Sequence record: MN508614.1
From: Escherichia phage ES12
Length of the DNA: 64,000 nucleotides
Reading direction: 5' to 3' (one strand)
Shown here: one piece after another, positions 53,370 to 62,985 of the stretch
Layout of the letters: each line of letters begins with the position of its first letter
Position numbering within the stretch: the first letter of the stretch is position 1
Notes under the pieces: generated by a model
What the model was told of the DNA's origin: nothing
What the model saw: only the letters and a program-made list of their open reading frames with translations
Database searches by the model: none
Position numbers and translations under genes: made by a program

Positions 53370-54116
53370 TTATCCTCGGATAAGTTTAAAAATTGAACAA
53401 TTTAGCGGGTATCCTCTTTTCAGTTTAAGTTTATCAATAAAAGACAAATTTTGATACCGCTCTACACCTTGAATAATTTTATCACACATATCATATTGCA
53501 TTTCTGCTTCTGACAGCTTTTTCACAATTTTCCAATCCGAGCCTTTAAGAAGAACGTTCAATTTAACAACTTCAGCGCCTTCTGCTATGCGAGAACCATC
53601 AATACGTGCTTTAAGTGCTATAATCCTTAGCTTAATGTCAGAGGTCTGTTTTGATTTAGAAAGCTGAGAAATGTGTTCAATTCGGTTTTCACGTTTTTTC
53701 TGTATAGCTTTAATTTGATTATAAGTCTTTTTGATTTTAGCCCATTTCTTTTCATCTAAATTTAGTTTATGAACTTTTTTCGCAGATGAACGACCAATTC
53801 GCAAAGCAAATAAATCACGCTTTTCAATCAACTCTTCTAAAGTATAATCAGAACGAAATGTATTATACTTTTTCTTTACTGCAATAACATTCCCTTTAAT
53901 GTATCCAACGTTATTATCAAAACGTTCTAATGATAATTTCTCTCCTTCAATACGATTATCAAAAGGTTCTCCCGAGTAAGCACAAACTTTTTGATCTAAA
54001 ATGTTCTTAATGTAATTGAAGTCTAAGTTAAAATCTTTAGAACGTCTTTTTGCAGATGCCTGAGTATGCTCTAGACGACGTTTAATTTTACGAATTTGGT
54101 TATTAGACAGCTTCAT
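53370..54116 (-). CDS. srd: Srd-like protein (sigma-factor-resembling decoy), 248 aa
   Basis: Position between dda and modA and size fit T4 srd; sequence identity not independently recalled. Confidence 0.5.
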   Translation of the reverse strand: MKLSNNQIRKIKRRLEHTQASAKRRSKDFNLDFNYIKNILDQKVCAYSGEPFDNRIEGEKLSLERFDNNVGYIKGNVIAVKKKYNTFRSDYTLEELIEKRDLFALRIGRSSAKKVHKLNLDEKKWAKIKKTYNQIKAIQKKRENRIEHISQLSKSKQTSDIKLRIIALKARIDGSRIAEGAEVVKLNVLLKGSDWKIVKKLSEAEMQYDMCDKIIQGVERYQNLSFIDKLKLKRGYPLNCSIFKLIRG

Positions 54117-54152
54117 ATTTTTCTCACATCTTACGGACGGTTAACTACTTAT

Positions 54153-54182
54153 ACTATAACATTTTTACCTTAACTTGTAAAC
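54153..54182 (-). promoter_or_regulatory. early promoter (GTTTAC -35, TATAGT -10)
   Basis: Reverse complement GTTTAC-N18-TATAGT. Confidence 0.4.
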
Positions 54183-54238
54183 AACTTTATGAAAAATGCT
54201 TTAAAACTTTCATGGTATAATGAATCTAAGTCCTTCCA

Positions 54239-54841
54239 TTATAGATTAAATCCTTCAAAATCAAGAGTATAGATAGTGTATGTTGAATACTTTTTATACT
54301 CGTATCTATCCGCAATTCTAAATACACTTCCAGCTGGTATCATTACTTCTTGTTCATCTGAAACTAATTCCATATTACGATAGCGATGGCTATCCGGAAA
54401 CTTAAAGTTTGGATTGTATTCTTTACAGCGTAGAGCTTTTATAGCATACTCCTGGAAATTAAACACCATAGGAGCTTTGAATTCAAAAATAACTTGTGTG
54501 TTGTATTCTAATCCAGAAGCAAAATGTAGAGCTATATTTTTATCATATGAAGCTGATACTACTTTATCAAATGTAATAATATCAATTCCTTGATTTAACA
54601 CCTGTTTAGTCTCAACTGGAACACCTCTCCAAAGAGGTTTATCGTTTGGAACCAAACGAGATTTGACTATTTCATTTAACCAAGAATGATCGTCTGGTTT
54701 ATTAGTAATACAATGAATTAAAAGTTCAATTTCAGATAAATTAAATCCTTCAGAAAGTAATTCTTCACGAATAGAAGCACGCACCGATGCATCCATTGAT
54801 TTGATTTTAAAATCTTTTAATTGCATTGCTGAATATTTCAT
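54239..54841 (-). CDS. modA: ADP-ribosyltransferase ModA, 200 aa
   Basis: 200-aa ORF upstream-adjacent to dda/srd as in T4; paralogous to next ORF. Confidence 0.8.
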   Translation of the reverse strand: MKYSAMQLKDFKIKSMDASVRASIREELLSEGFNLSEIELLIHCITNKPDDHSWLNEIVKSRLVPNDKPLWRGVPVETKQVLNQGIDIITFDKVVSASYDKNIALHFASGLEYNTQVIFEFKAPMVFNFQEYAIKALRCKEYNPNFKFPDSHRYRNMELVSDEQEVMIPAGSVFRIADRYEYKKYSTYTIYTLDFEGFNL

Positions 54842-55461
54842 TCAACTACCTCAATATCATACACTTTAAATGTTCCAAATGAATCGTGTAATTTTTCTTT
54901 TGAAATAGAAGTTATTCTATACTTTCCAATTGGAATCATCCATTCTTGTTCACGCACAATCATCATTAAGTTATCAGTACGCTCTGAATCTAATCCATCA
55001 GTATCTTCATATGTATACTTAAATTCAGTATTAGGAGAAGAAAGTATAATATCGCTGATATGGTCAGAATAATTAAAAGCTTTATCAGTTTTTAAGCGAA
55101 ATATTATTTCAGTGAAATACTCAACATAAGAAAAACCACATGCTGTGTGCAAACTAGTAGTAAATGAATCTACTCTGTTCGTTGAAAACACTTCTCCGAC
55201 TTGTAAATCTTTAATGAGTTCTTTTGTCGATTTTGATATACCACGATATAGCTGATAAGGCGATTTAGTTAAATGCTTTTTAACGATTTTATTCAACTGC
55301 CGATGAAGAGCTTCATTCTTTTTGGCTTCTATACACTGCCAAAGAACTGACTGTTCAAAGTCAGTAAATTTTTCACAGACCTTTTTATACATATCATATT
55401 GAAAATCAACGCTTTCAGCTTTTATAGATAACTGTTCAACATCTGCAGGATTAATAATCAT
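54838..55461 (-). CDS. modB: ADP-ribosyltransferase ModB, 207 aa
   Basis: 207-aa paralogue in tandem with modA. Confidence 0.8.
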   Translation of the reverse strand: MIINPADVEQLSIKAESVDFQYDMYKKVCEKFTDFEQSVLWQCIEAKKNEALHRQLNKIVKKHLTKSPYQLYRGISKSTKELIKDLQVGEVFSTNRVDSFTTSLHTACGFSYVEYFTEIIFRLKTDKAFNYSDHISDIILSSPNTEFKYTYEDTDGLDSERTDNLMMIVREQEWMIPIGKYRITSISKEKLHDSFGTFKVYDIEVVE

Positions 55462-55487
55462 GATAGCCTCCGTATACTTCAGAAGCT

Positions 55488-55517
55488 ATCATATCATCGT
55501 TAGAAAGGAAAGTAAAC
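55488..55517 (-). promoter_or_regulatory. early promoter for modB-modA (GTTTAC -35, TATGAT -10)
   Basis: Reverse complement GTTTAC-N18-TATGAT. Confidence 0.4.
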
Positions 55518-55528
55518 AACTTTTTGAA

Positions 55529-55711
55529 TTATTTTGTCCAGGGAGCCCAAGGCGGAGGGTCAAGATGGTATGAAGCTAGTTCTTCTAGAAGAGCATCTGG
55601 GGCTTCAATTCCATAATTCTGTAATACTATACGGTACTCTTTCTTATAATCACTAGAATCATTCTGGATATTCGTAGAATGATTATCTTCTAACATCTCA
55701 AATAAATCCAT
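55529..55711 (-). CDS. hypothetical protein, 60 aa
   Basis: ORF track; ATG start. Confidence 0.45.
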   Translation of the reverse strand: MDLFEMLEDNHSTNIQNDSSDYKKEYRIVLQNYGIEAPDALLEELASYHLDPPPWAPWTK

Positions 55712-55719
55712 ATTAATTC

Positions 55720-56190
55720 CTAGCGATAAAAACCAAATTGACGATTAGCTTCAATAATCTTTCTTTCTTCTTCGGACATTCTCCAGCGTAGTCCAACATC
55801 AAAATGAGCCCAGACCATCCTAACAAATGCATTTATATCTTTAATATCTTCAATAATGAATGTTTTACTTTTAGAAGGTTGACTCGCTAATTTAACTTTA
55901 TCGTCTTCAAACATGTCAAAAAGACCATATTCATGAGCTCTTTTATAGCCTTTAATAGTTAAAGCTTCAGAAGAAGAAAATGGTGAATCTGTATTCTGCA
56001 AAATATCTTCAGTATGCTTTATAATTAGAATAACATTTTCTGGATATTTTCTTTCTTTTATATCTTTAATTAAAATATCCGGATTTTCTGCTAAAGGAAT
56101 AATTAACGAGCATTTTTTATCAAGTGTATTTACTGATTTACCTTCTTTAGACATAAATCCTATTGAATACAGTTTTGCTACTTCAATCAT
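55720..56190 (-). CDS. hypothetical protein, 156 aa
   Basis: ORF track; ATG start. Confidence 0.55.
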   Translation of the reverse strand: MIEVAKLYSIGFMSKEGKSVNTLDKKCSLIIPLAENPDILIKDIKERKYPENVILIIKHTEDILQNTDSPFSSSEALTIKGYKRAHEYGLFDMFEDDKVKLASQPSKSKTFIIEDIKDINAFVRMVWAHFDVGLRWRMSEEERKIIEANRQFGFYR

Positions 56191-56347
56191 GTGATTTCCT
56201 CTTGCCTACTAATGGACCATCAGGAATTTTGTTTTCCTGGATATATTTCTCATTTTCTTCCATCATTTTACTACCAATTTTAAGAAGCAAATCCATTGCT
56301 TCATTTGCTTTTGCTTTGGCCTCTTCTAACGTCATATCTTTGCTCAT
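56183..56347 (-). CDS. small hypothetical protein, 54 aa
   Basis: Hand-translated [54 protein letters not shown]; ATGA overlap with upstream ORF stop. Confidence 0.35.
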   Translation of the reverse strand: MSKDMTLEEAKAKANEAMDLLLKIGSKMMEENEKYIQENKIPDGPLVGKRKSHD

Positions 56348-56547
56348 GATTTATCACCGTAAATATCTCTCATTAATTTAAGAGCTGAGCGCTCTAATTT
56401 CTTTTCTTTCTCAGCACTAATCATTGATTTCATCCATTCTTCCGATTCGTTCTGCATTTCTTTATTTGCCTGTTCAACCCAACCATCATCAATATACATT
56501 GAGTTTGGTCTATTGAACCATTCAAGCATTTTCTTCAGAACTTTCAT
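56344..56547 (-). CDS. hypothetical protein, 67 aa
   Basis: ORF track; ATG start. Confidence 0.45.
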   Translation of the reverse strand: MKVLKKMLEWFNRPNSMYIDDGWVEQANKEMQNESEEWMKSMISAEKEKKLERSALKLMRDIYGDKS

Positions 56548-57007
56548 TTGTTTTACCTAAAACAATAGTAGGAGCATCGTCAAATTCATGAATTTTTAGC
56601 AATTTTGGATTTAAATTATTCCATACATAATAAATAAAGTATGATAAAGCATCTTCACTCGCAATTATAAATTTATTTCCTTCATTTATTTTCCAGTCAT
56701 ATACTGAATCGTACGAATAAAAAGATAAAGGATTACCATTATATTGTTCTGCGCTAACATTAATGTATTCGGATTTAGTAAATGCTTCAATTGCTCTAAA
56801 CGGACTATTTGGCACAGTTTCAATAATTCCGATCTTTTTAAGTTTTATTTCAACATCTTCTGGAACTGGCATTGAAACGAAATTTTCTACGAGATACATA
56901 GGGTTACAATAACCCTTATCAATCACTACGGCTACAGTAATTGGAACATCTTTAGCAAACGACATGCTATTACTGCTAATATACATTTCAAACAAAATCG
57001 CTTCCAT
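56522..57007 (-). CDS. hypothetical protein, ~161 aa
   Basis: ORF track TTG start trimmed to ATG at 57007 preceded by TGAGGAAAA. Confidence 0.5.
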   Translation of the reverse strand: MEAILFEMYISSNSMSFAKDVPITVAVVIDKGYCNPMYLVENFVSMPVPEDVEIKLKKIGIIETVPNSPFRAIEAFTKSEYINVSAEQYNGNPLSFYSYDSVYDWKINEGNKFIIASEDALSYFIYYVWNNLNPKLLKIHEFDDAPTIVLGKTNESSEENA

Positions 57008-57015
57008 AATTTTCC

Positions 57016-57357
57016 TCAATCACAAGATGTAGATGAACAACTAGAATCACAAGAACTTCCACATGAATCACCTGCCCATACATGAACAGGAACATTGGTG
57101 TCATATGAATCAGAACTAGACTGTGTATTCTGTGCATTAGATGATGTAGTAGGTACTGACCAGCGCCAAGGATTTTTATAATATTCTTGGGCTTCTTCAT
57201 AAGTCATAGTAACTGCTTCTACTGTTCCATCTCCCATATAAACATATTCAACTACAGTTAAAGGAAGATAGTCATTTGAAATAGGAACTACACCTTCTCC
57301 CGGAGTTGTAGAGAAAAAATCTGTAAAGAAATTTTTAAACCAATTAAAGATAAACAT
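57016..57357 (-). CDS. hypothetical protein, 113 aa, Cys/Ser-rich C-terminal tail
   Basis: ORF track; C-terminus [18 protein letters not shown]. Confidence 0.5.
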   Translation of the reverse strand: MFIFNWFKNFFTDFFSTTPGEGVVPISNDYLPLTVVEYVYMGDGTVEAVTMTYEEAQEYYKNPWRWSVPTTSSNAQNTQSSSDSYDTNVPVHVWAGDSCGSSCDSSCSSTSCD

Positions 57358-57569
57358 TACAAAAAGCCTCTTTGAAATTCGACTCTTTGAAATCCACCCC
57401 AGTCAGTATATCGCATTTCAGCATTGAACTCGACTGAACCATCTGCATGCATCATGAATGAATGCGTGACGACATCACAATCCCAGCTTTTCATACCCCA
57501 TTTATCAGAGATAGCTTTATCAAGAACCTTCTGAAGGTCTTCATTTGGTTTAATCCAACGATTTAACAT
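57357..57569 (-). CDS. hypothetical protein, 70 aa
   Basis: ORF track; ATG start. Confidence 0.5.
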   Translation of the reverse strand: MLNRWIKPNEDLQKVLDKAISDKWGMKSWDCDVVTHSFMMHADGSVEFNAEMRYTDWGGFQRVEFQRGFL

Positions 57570-57595
57570 AGTGTTCTCCTCTATAAGATATTTTT

Positions 57596-57625
57596 ATTAT
57601 ACCACACTCATTTTGACATGTAAAC
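57596..57625 (-). promoter_or_regulatory. early promoter (GTTTAC -35, TATAAT -10)
   Basis: Reverse complement GTTTAC-N18-TATAAT. Confidence 0.45.
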
Positions 57626-57629
57626 CATA

Positions 57630-57658
57630 AAATGAAAAAAGGAATCCCGAAGGATTCC
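57630..57658 (-). terminator. soc rho-independent terminator
   Basis: ggaatcc-cgaa-ggattcc hairpin followed on minus strand by a U-run, directly after soc stop. Confidence 0.65.
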
Positions 57659-57667
57659 TTAAATTAT

Positions 57668-57925
57668 TTAACCACCTACACCAGGTGTAGGTGTAACAGT
57701 CCAAAGACCTTCATTAGCAGTGATCCATTCAGTACGCTGATTTTCTTCATATACTGTAGAATATGCTGCTTTTTCAGAAGGGAATGTCTGATAATGAGCA
57801 CCAGAAATTTTGTGAACATCAGAATAAAGAGGGAAAGCTACAGAAATTTCTTTACCCTGAATTGTACCACCATCAACTGCTTGGTCAAATGTTTTGATAT
57901 TAACATAACCGCGAGTACTAGCCAT
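57668..57925 (-). CDS. soc: small outer capsid protein, 85 aa
   Basis: MASTRGYVNIKTF...KEISVAFPLYSDVHKISGAHYQTFPSEKAAYSTVYEENQRTEWI... = Soc, with a slightly longer C-terminus than recalled for T4. Confidence 0.85.
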   Translation of the reverse strand: MASTRGYVNIKTFDQAVDGGTIQGKEISVAFPLYSDVHKISGAHYQTFPSEKAAYSTVYEENQRTEWITANEGLWTVTPTPGVGG

Positions 57926-57941
57926 GTAATTCTCCTTTTAT

Positions 57942-58151
57942 TTAAATTACATGATTATTTATAATAAATTCTCGCGGAACGTTAAAATACCCGATTTTAG
58001 TTAATATAACAACATCGCCGTTAATAATTACCGGAGAATAATCTTCTGGAGCATTAAATTTCCAATGGGCTCTAATATTATATCCATCAGAACCAAATGC
58101 TCGCGTAGCTGGTCTCCCAGCTTTTTGCCATGCGTAGAAATCAAATTTCAT
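57942..58151 (-). CDS. hypothetical protein, 69 aa
   Basis: ORF track; ATG start. Confidence 0.5.
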   Translation of the reverse strand: MKFDFYAWQKAGRPATRAFGSDGYNIRAHWKFNAPEDYSPVIINGDVVILTKIGYFNVPREFIINNHVI

Positions 58152-58342
58152 TTTGAATGCTCTATAATTAATTTTAAAGCTTCTTCACTGACAAAAATTT
58201 CGTCAGGACCTTCTATAACTTCAACCATACGAAGTTGATTAGTTAAGAGCTCACATACGAGCTCCTTGTTATAATCTTTAAATAGCTGGTCAATACGTTT
58301 CTTGTGGGCTTTCTTAAGCTGGCGTTTATTTAAACGAGCCAT
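58148..58342 (-). CDS. hypothetical protein, 64 aa
   Basis: ORF track; ATG start. Confidence 0.5.
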   Translation of the reverse strand: MARLNKRQLKKAHKKRIDQLFKDYNKELVCELLTNQLRMVEVIEGPDEIFVSEEALKLIIEHSK

Positions 58343-58860
58343 TAATAACCTCGGTCTTGACGAGCGAAGTTTTCAGCATTTTTCAGATAATAAAGTTTAA
58401 AGATTTCTTCAGCCGTAAGACCGAGGCCTTGGAACATGTTCAGAACGAAATGAAGAATATCAATCATTTCGAATTTAATTTCCAACTGGTCTTGTGGAGA
58501 CAAATCAGTAATCAGAGTTTCACGTCGTTCACCATGTTGAGCTTTCCAAGGCTTCCATACAGCAGATGCATCTTTTTCACCATTGCTCATACCACCAAGA
58601 GAAGTCAATAGTTCGCGGAATTCATCATCAATATAATCTTTCTGATTACGCAGCCAATCAACAACTTCACCCGCAGTAGCCAAATCATCAGGATGACGGT
58701 TATATTCAGGTTTATCTTTAGCTAAACGAACCTGCAGAGATTTCTGCATATCAAGCATAACTTGCAACGGGTCTTTTTCATCACCGAGAATATCCCAGTA
58801 TTCATTTTGAGCTTTATCAGCGCCTTCAATCAGTTGTGAACATTCATTAAAGTATGCCAT
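58342..58860 (-). CDS. 56: dCTP pyrophosphatase (dCTPase-dUTPase), 172 aa
   Basis: From ATG at 58860: MAYFNECSQLIEGADKAQNEYWDILGDEKDPLQVMLDMQ...; ORF track 5' extension would run through the promoter. Confidence 0.85.
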   Translation of the reverse strand: MAYFNECSQLIEGADKAQNEYWDILGDEKDPLQVMLDMQKSLQVRLAKDKPEYNRHPDDLATAGEVVDWLRNQKDYIDDEFRELLTSLGGMSNGEKDASAVWKPWKAQHGERRETLITDLSPQDQLEIKFEMIDILHFVLNMFQGLGLTAEEIFKLYYLKNAENFARQDRGY

Positions 58861-58894
58861 TATTTTTCCTTTCAATTCATGGGTTAGTAGATTA

Positions 58895-58918
58895 ATTATA
58901 CAATAAATATATAAAGCA
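58895..58918 (-). promoter_or_regulatory. MotA-dependent middle promoter for gene 56
   Basis: Minus-strand TTGCTTTA (MotA box) followed 11 nt later by TATAAT, ~35 nt upstream of gene 56 ATG. Confidence 0.55.
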
Positions 58919-58931
58919 ATAAGGAGGACAT

Positions 58932-59132
58932 ATGGTACAAAAATTAATGGCACTTGTTAATGCCATCAAAGGTAATAAAAAGCGTATAGCTTTTACTATT
59001 TCTGCTATGGTAGGAATTTTACTCTGGAACTTTATTTTATCACCTGTTGCAATTGCACATGGTATTAATATTCCAGTAGTTACTCTTGATACATTCGTAG
59101 ATTTAGCATTTGCTTTGGTTGGGTTAATTTAA
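58932..59132 (+). CDS. small two-helix membrane protein, 66 aa, plus strand
   Basis: ATG preceded by AAGGAGG at ideal spacing; MVQKLMALVNAIKGNKKRIAFTISAMVGILLWNFILSPVAIAHG... hydrophobic; convergent with gene 61. Confidence 0.5.
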   Translation: MVQKLMALVNAIKGNKKRIAFTISAMVGILLWNFILSPVAIAHGINIPVVTLDTFVDLAFALVGLI

Positions 59133-60157
59133 ATCTTAGCATATTTAGATAGCCGCATTTTAGCCATCAACCCTTGGGCAATATTATTTTTCATATATTC
59201 CATAATTTGTTTAGGGGTTGCACCTTCCTTTCTAATCATATCATTAACATCTTTTGATTTCCAGGGAGATTTGTCCCAAAACATAACCCTTTCTCCTGCA
59301 TCAACCAATTTAGTCATTCGTTTAATAGTGTCAGGGTGACGAGGTTCATTATCTAAAACCCATACACGTCTATCTTTAAATGGAACAATTTCTAGGTCTA
59401 ATTGACCACCCGTAATAGCTATACCATTTTCAATAAAAAGTGAATCTATAGGTCCTTCTAGAACATATACATCACCATCTTTAACTCGTTCGACTCCATA
59501 GATTTTTGTTGCCTCAGGATAAGCTTTAATGGTGATATATTTTTGAGGAGCATTTTTCTTTAATGCACGTCCTTGAAAAGACTCAGCTTTTCCATTAGCA
59601 TTATAAATTGGAATAACAAGACGAGGCTCAGATATTTCCTTTTTATATGTTCCCGGTGCTATGCTATTAACCAATTTAGGCCATTCGGTTGTAAACCAAA
59701 GATATTTCCATTTATCCTTTGGAATACAACGAGCTTTTACATATTTTATAATTGGATGGTCTTCCGCCAGTTTATCTAATCTAACACATGACGGAAGAGA
59801 TTTAATTATTTTCTTCTCAGGTTGTTTAGGAAGTTCTTTAGGTTTTTCTACTGGACGACTTTTACCTTTTTCTTTTCTTATTTCAAAGATATACTCACGA
59901 TATAAATCGGGTTCAAACTCCTTTAAATATATTCCGATTGGTGCATGATAGTTACAGTTATAACAATGAATATTTCCTTCATTATTATCACCATAATACC
60001 ATCCACGGGCTTTATTCTGGTCGGTTTTTGAATCTCCACACACTGGGCATCTAAACCGTAATTTAAAAGTTGAACTATTATTTACTTGTGTGAATTTAGG
60101 TAAATGAGCTAATGCACGATACGCAAACTCATTATCAATCCAAGGTATTGATGACAT
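59129..60157 (-). CDS. 61: DNA primase, 342 aa
   Basis: MSSIPWIDNEFAYRALAHLPKFTQVNNSSTFKLRFRCPVCGDS... zinc ribbon + TOPRIM. Confidence 0.95.
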   Translation of the reverse strand: MSSIPWIDNEFAYRALAHLPKFTQVNNSSTFKLRFRCPVCGDSKTDQNKARGWYYGDNNEGNIHCYNCNYHAPIGIYLKEFEPDLYREYIFEIRKEKGKSRPVEKPKELPKQPEKKIIKSLPSCVRLDKLAEDHPIIKYVKARCIPKDKWKYLWFTTEWPKLVNSIAPGTYKKEISEPRLVIPIYNANGKAESFQGRALKKNAPQKYITIKAYPEATKIYGVERVKDGDVYVLEGPIDSLFIENGIAITGGQLDLEIVPFKDRRVWVLDNEPRHPDTIKRMTKLVDAGERVMFWDKSPWKSKDVNDMIRKEGATPKQIMEYMKNNIAQGLMAKMRLSKYAKI

Positions 60158-60159
60158 TT

Positions 60160-60324
60160 TTACTCTTCTTTTTCTTTAGATTCCTCTTTTTTCTTTTTAG
60201 AAATCTGTTCAGGGCCTTTATTTACTACAGCGCCTGACGCTGTTCCAGTAGAGATATTTTCAGGATTACCACCTGAATCTCCAGCAACCATATCTTCTTT
60301 GATAAATTCTTTATATGTTTTCAT
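60160..60324 (-). CDS. small hypothetical protein, 54 aa
   Basis: Hand-translated MKTYKEFIKEDMVAGDSGGNPENISTGTASGAVVNKGPEQISKKKKEESKEKEE; GAGG RBS. Confidence 0.4.
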   Translation of the reverse strand: MKTYKEFIKEDMVAGDSGGNPENISTGTASGAVVNKGPEQISKKKKEESKEKEE

Positions 60325-60325
60325 A

Positions 60326-60682
60326 TTAACCTCTATTCATAAAAGCATTAAAAATTTGGTCATCAATAGATGGAATAGCAACTTTTTCTGCATCATTTAG
60401 CAAATCATTAATTTCATCAGATAGCATAACACATGTACCTTTATTTCCTGTAATTGTTACTGCGCAATTACGAACGTTTTCTTTATTAAATTTTAGGTTA
60501 ATATTTTCGTAATGAAAATCCTTTAATGCTGAATATATTTTTAAAATAAAATTGTCTTTTACTACAATAAACCCAACCTCACTATTAAAACGTGGTTCAT
60601 GGAAACTGTAATAAACCTTTTCATCTATAAAATCGTATGAAATTTTTTCCATTTTTAAATATGAAAATTCAGAACTATACAT
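60326..60682 (-). CDS. hypothetical protein, 118 aa
   Basis: ORF track; ATG start. Confidence 0.5.
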   Translation of the reverse strand: MYSSEFSYLKMEKISYDFIDEKVYYSFHEPRFNSEVGFIVVKDNFILKIYSALKDFHYENINLKFNKENVRNCAVTITGNKGTCVMLSDEINDLLNDAEKVAIPSIDDQIFNAFMNRG

Positions 60683-60694
60683 ATTAACCTCTAA

Positions 60695-60988
60695 TTACTC
60701 ACCTACCACTTCAGCGATGATATTTTTATTATTAAAGTTTTTATCGCAATACAGAACATAATTATACTGCATTACACCACCAGACTTAAGCTGTTTTTGC
60801 ACTTCAGCTTTCATTTCAGGGCGATCGCGCTCAACGATATTCATAATATCTGCTTCAATTTGAGTTTCAACCTCGGTTTGATCAGCAGTCATAGACCATT
60901 CGCACAAATCTTTATCATAACCTGCCATAGCAGGCTGAGCAGCACAAGAAGCTAAAGCAAAAATTGTGGCAAAGATAAATTTTTTCAT
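60695..60988 (-). CDS. sp: Spackle periplasmic protein (superinfection exclusion / lysozyme inhibitor), 97 aa
   Basis: 97-aa ORF with signal peptide MKKFIFATIFALASCAAQPAMA; position between 61 and dmd. Confidence 0.75.
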   Translation of the reverse strand: MKKFIFATIFALASCAAQPAMAGYDKDLCEWSMTADQTEVETQIEADIMNIVERDRPEMKAEVQKQLKSGGVMQYNYVLYCDKNFNNKNIIAEVVGE

Positions 60989-61048
60989 GATAATCTCCTC
61001 GGTAGTTTATGTTTATATAGTATCTCAATTTCCAACAAAAGTAAATAG

Positions 61049-61345
61049 TTATTTTAAAACTTCTGCGTAATCACATGTTACAAACTGTTTCTCTAGCTTG
61101 ACGATTTTACGAAAGTATCTTTTGCATTGGCGAATCTGCCTCTTCGTAGGACGTACAGCAAACTTAATAAATTCCACTCGACCAAATGGAGGACTTTCTT
61201 CTGCTGGAATATCTAACACCAATTCCCATGTATCTGCAATAAGTGCTTTGAATTGCGTATTTTTCCTGACGTTATACGGAGTAGGTTTAAATAAAACAAT
61301 ATGCATATTATCCTCGGCAATCCACTTCACATACTTTCTTGTCAT
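61049..61345 (-). CDS. hypothetical basic protein, ~98 aa
   Basis: ORF track TTG start trimmed to adjacent ATG; 5' end overlaps dmd 3' end by ~38 nt. Confidence 0.45.
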   Translation of the reverse strand: MTRKYVKWIAEDNMHIVLFKPTPYNVRKNTQFKALIADTWELVLDIPAEESPPFGRVEFIKFAVRPTKRQIRQCKRYFRKIVKLEKQFVTCDYAEVLK

Positions 61346-61490
61346 CAATGAAAGCTTTAACTAGTGCTTTATTAACTTCAGCATATTGAGTAGTAGCCCA
61401 TTGAACGTCATCTTTCATCATTGTGATCTCTTTAGTAAACATGCTTTCATTCTTAAACCACCCCATAAAAACTACCTTTACCAATTCCAT
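61308..61490 (-). CDS. dmd: Dmd (antitoxin against host RnlA/LsoA RNases), 60 aa
   Basis: 60-aa ORF immediately upstream of gene 41 as in T4. Confidence 0.75.
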   Translation of the reverse strand: MELVKVVFMGWFKNESMFTKEITMMKDDVQWATTQYAEVNKALVKAFIDDKKVCEVDCRG

Positions 61491-61548
61491 AACAATCTCC
61501 TCATTTAACCAACAAGACTACTATACCATAGTCTTGTCAGCTTGTAAA

Positions 61549-62976
61549 CTAAAATTTTAATTCATTTGCCAAAGCATCTAACTGAGCTCGAGTCGATTCG
61601 TTTCTTTGATAGCGATTCTGCTCAGCTTGTATCTGTTGTGAACCTGCTACCTCACTCACTTCAGTTGGAGTAGAATCTTGTTCAATTTCTACCCATTTCT
61701 GATTTCCTTTTTGAACACCCATCAAAAACTTATTCCATTTGTTCTTATCGCCATATCGTGATTTGATTTGCTTAATGAGTTGCTGTTCAGCAGCTGCTAA
61801 CTCCTCGGTTTCAATGACCGCAAGCATAAAATCGGCTGTTGCTGGAAGACCGGCAGATTCTGCGATATCACTCATGTTAACATCAGAAGAATCCCAAGCT
61901 TGTTTACCAACCTGTGCTGCGGTCCAAAGAACAGTTTCGGTTTCAACAGCCAGAGCACGCAATTCCTCTGCGATAGCTTTAACAGTTGTGTAACTATTTT
62001 CTGAATAAACTCTAATGCGGCAAGATTTACAAATACCCAGATAGTCAACAATAATGATTGTTGGAACAAAATTCTTCTTGAGCTTTAATTCATTTAAAAG
62101 TGATCGAAATGTATTAGCGTCTGCTCCACCAGTAGGATACTGTTTAACGATTAAACGACCAAGAGTAGATTTCTCACGCCATTTTTCCATTTTTCCTTTA
62201 TACTCAGCGTAAGAAATATGCCCATCATCAATGTCATCAAGAGAAACATCAAGCATATTAGCATCAATACGCTTAGCACAGACTTCTTCTGCCATTTCCA
62301 TGGAAATGTAAAGAACATTATGTCCGAGCTGCAAATAATCTGCTGCCAATGAACACAGACCTAATGACTTACCAACGTTAACGCCAGCCATTAAAACGTT
62401 CAGTGTTCCTGTCTCAGCTCCGCCTTTAGTAATTTTGTTTAGAATTCTGAGTTTAAATGGAACTTTACGAGCTTTATTCATATAAGATAGCCAGCGTGCT
62501 TCGTAGTCATCCATCCAATCATGACCAACGTAGCTATCAAATGAAATTGATAATGCTTGACGCATGATATCAGGAATAGCACCTACATCTGGCATTTTCT
62601 TATTTCGTTTTTCCGGAGGAAGTTCAGCATTAGTTTGGATTTCAATTATTTTAGACGTAGCATTAAACATCGCCCTTTGCTGAACATATTTTTCTGTTTC
62701 TTTTACTAACCAACTGTGGTCTTCCGGAGAATCAGCCAGTTTTGAAATAAGTGTTTTTACACCAGAATATTCTGTTTCAGTAAATGAACTATTTTCTAAT
62801 GCAACATTTAACGCATTAATAGATGGAACGCTATGATACTCATTAACATGAGATTTAATTAATTTGAATGTATTTTTAGCTGGACCACTTTCAAAATATT
62901 CTGAATCCATATATGGCCAAACTTTTGAAAAATAAGCTTGATCAAATATAAGATGAGAAAGAATAATTTCTACCAC
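61549..62976 (-). CDS. 41: replicative DNA helicase (DnaB-like), 475 aa
   Basis: MVEIILSHLIFDQAYFSKVWPYMDSEYFESGP... Walker A GVNVGKS; start codon at 62976 is GTG. Confidence 0.95.
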   Translation of the reverse strand: MVEIILSHLIFDQAYFSKVWPYMDSEYFESGPAKNTFKLIKSHVNEYHSVPSINALNVALENSSFTETEYSGVKTLISKLADSPEDHSWLVKETEKYVQQRAMFNATSKIIEIQTNAELPPEKRNKKMPDVGAIPDIMRQALSISFDSYVGHDWMDDYEARWLSYMNKARKVPFKLRILNKITKGGAETGTLNVLMAGVNVGKSLGLCSLAADYLQLGHNVLYISMEMAEEVCAKRIDANMLDVSLDDIDDGHISYAEYKGKMEKWREKSTLGRLIVKQYPTGGADANTFRSLLNELKLKKNFVPTIIIVDYLGICKSCRIRVYSENSYTTVKAIAEELRALAVETETVLWTAAQVGKQAWDSSDVNMSDIAESAGLPATADFMLAVIETEELAAAEQQLIKQIKSRYGDKNKWNKFLMGVQKGNQKWVEIEQDSTPTEVSEVAGSQQIQAEQNRYQRNESTRAQLDALANELKF

Positions 62977-62985
62977 ACTTACTCC

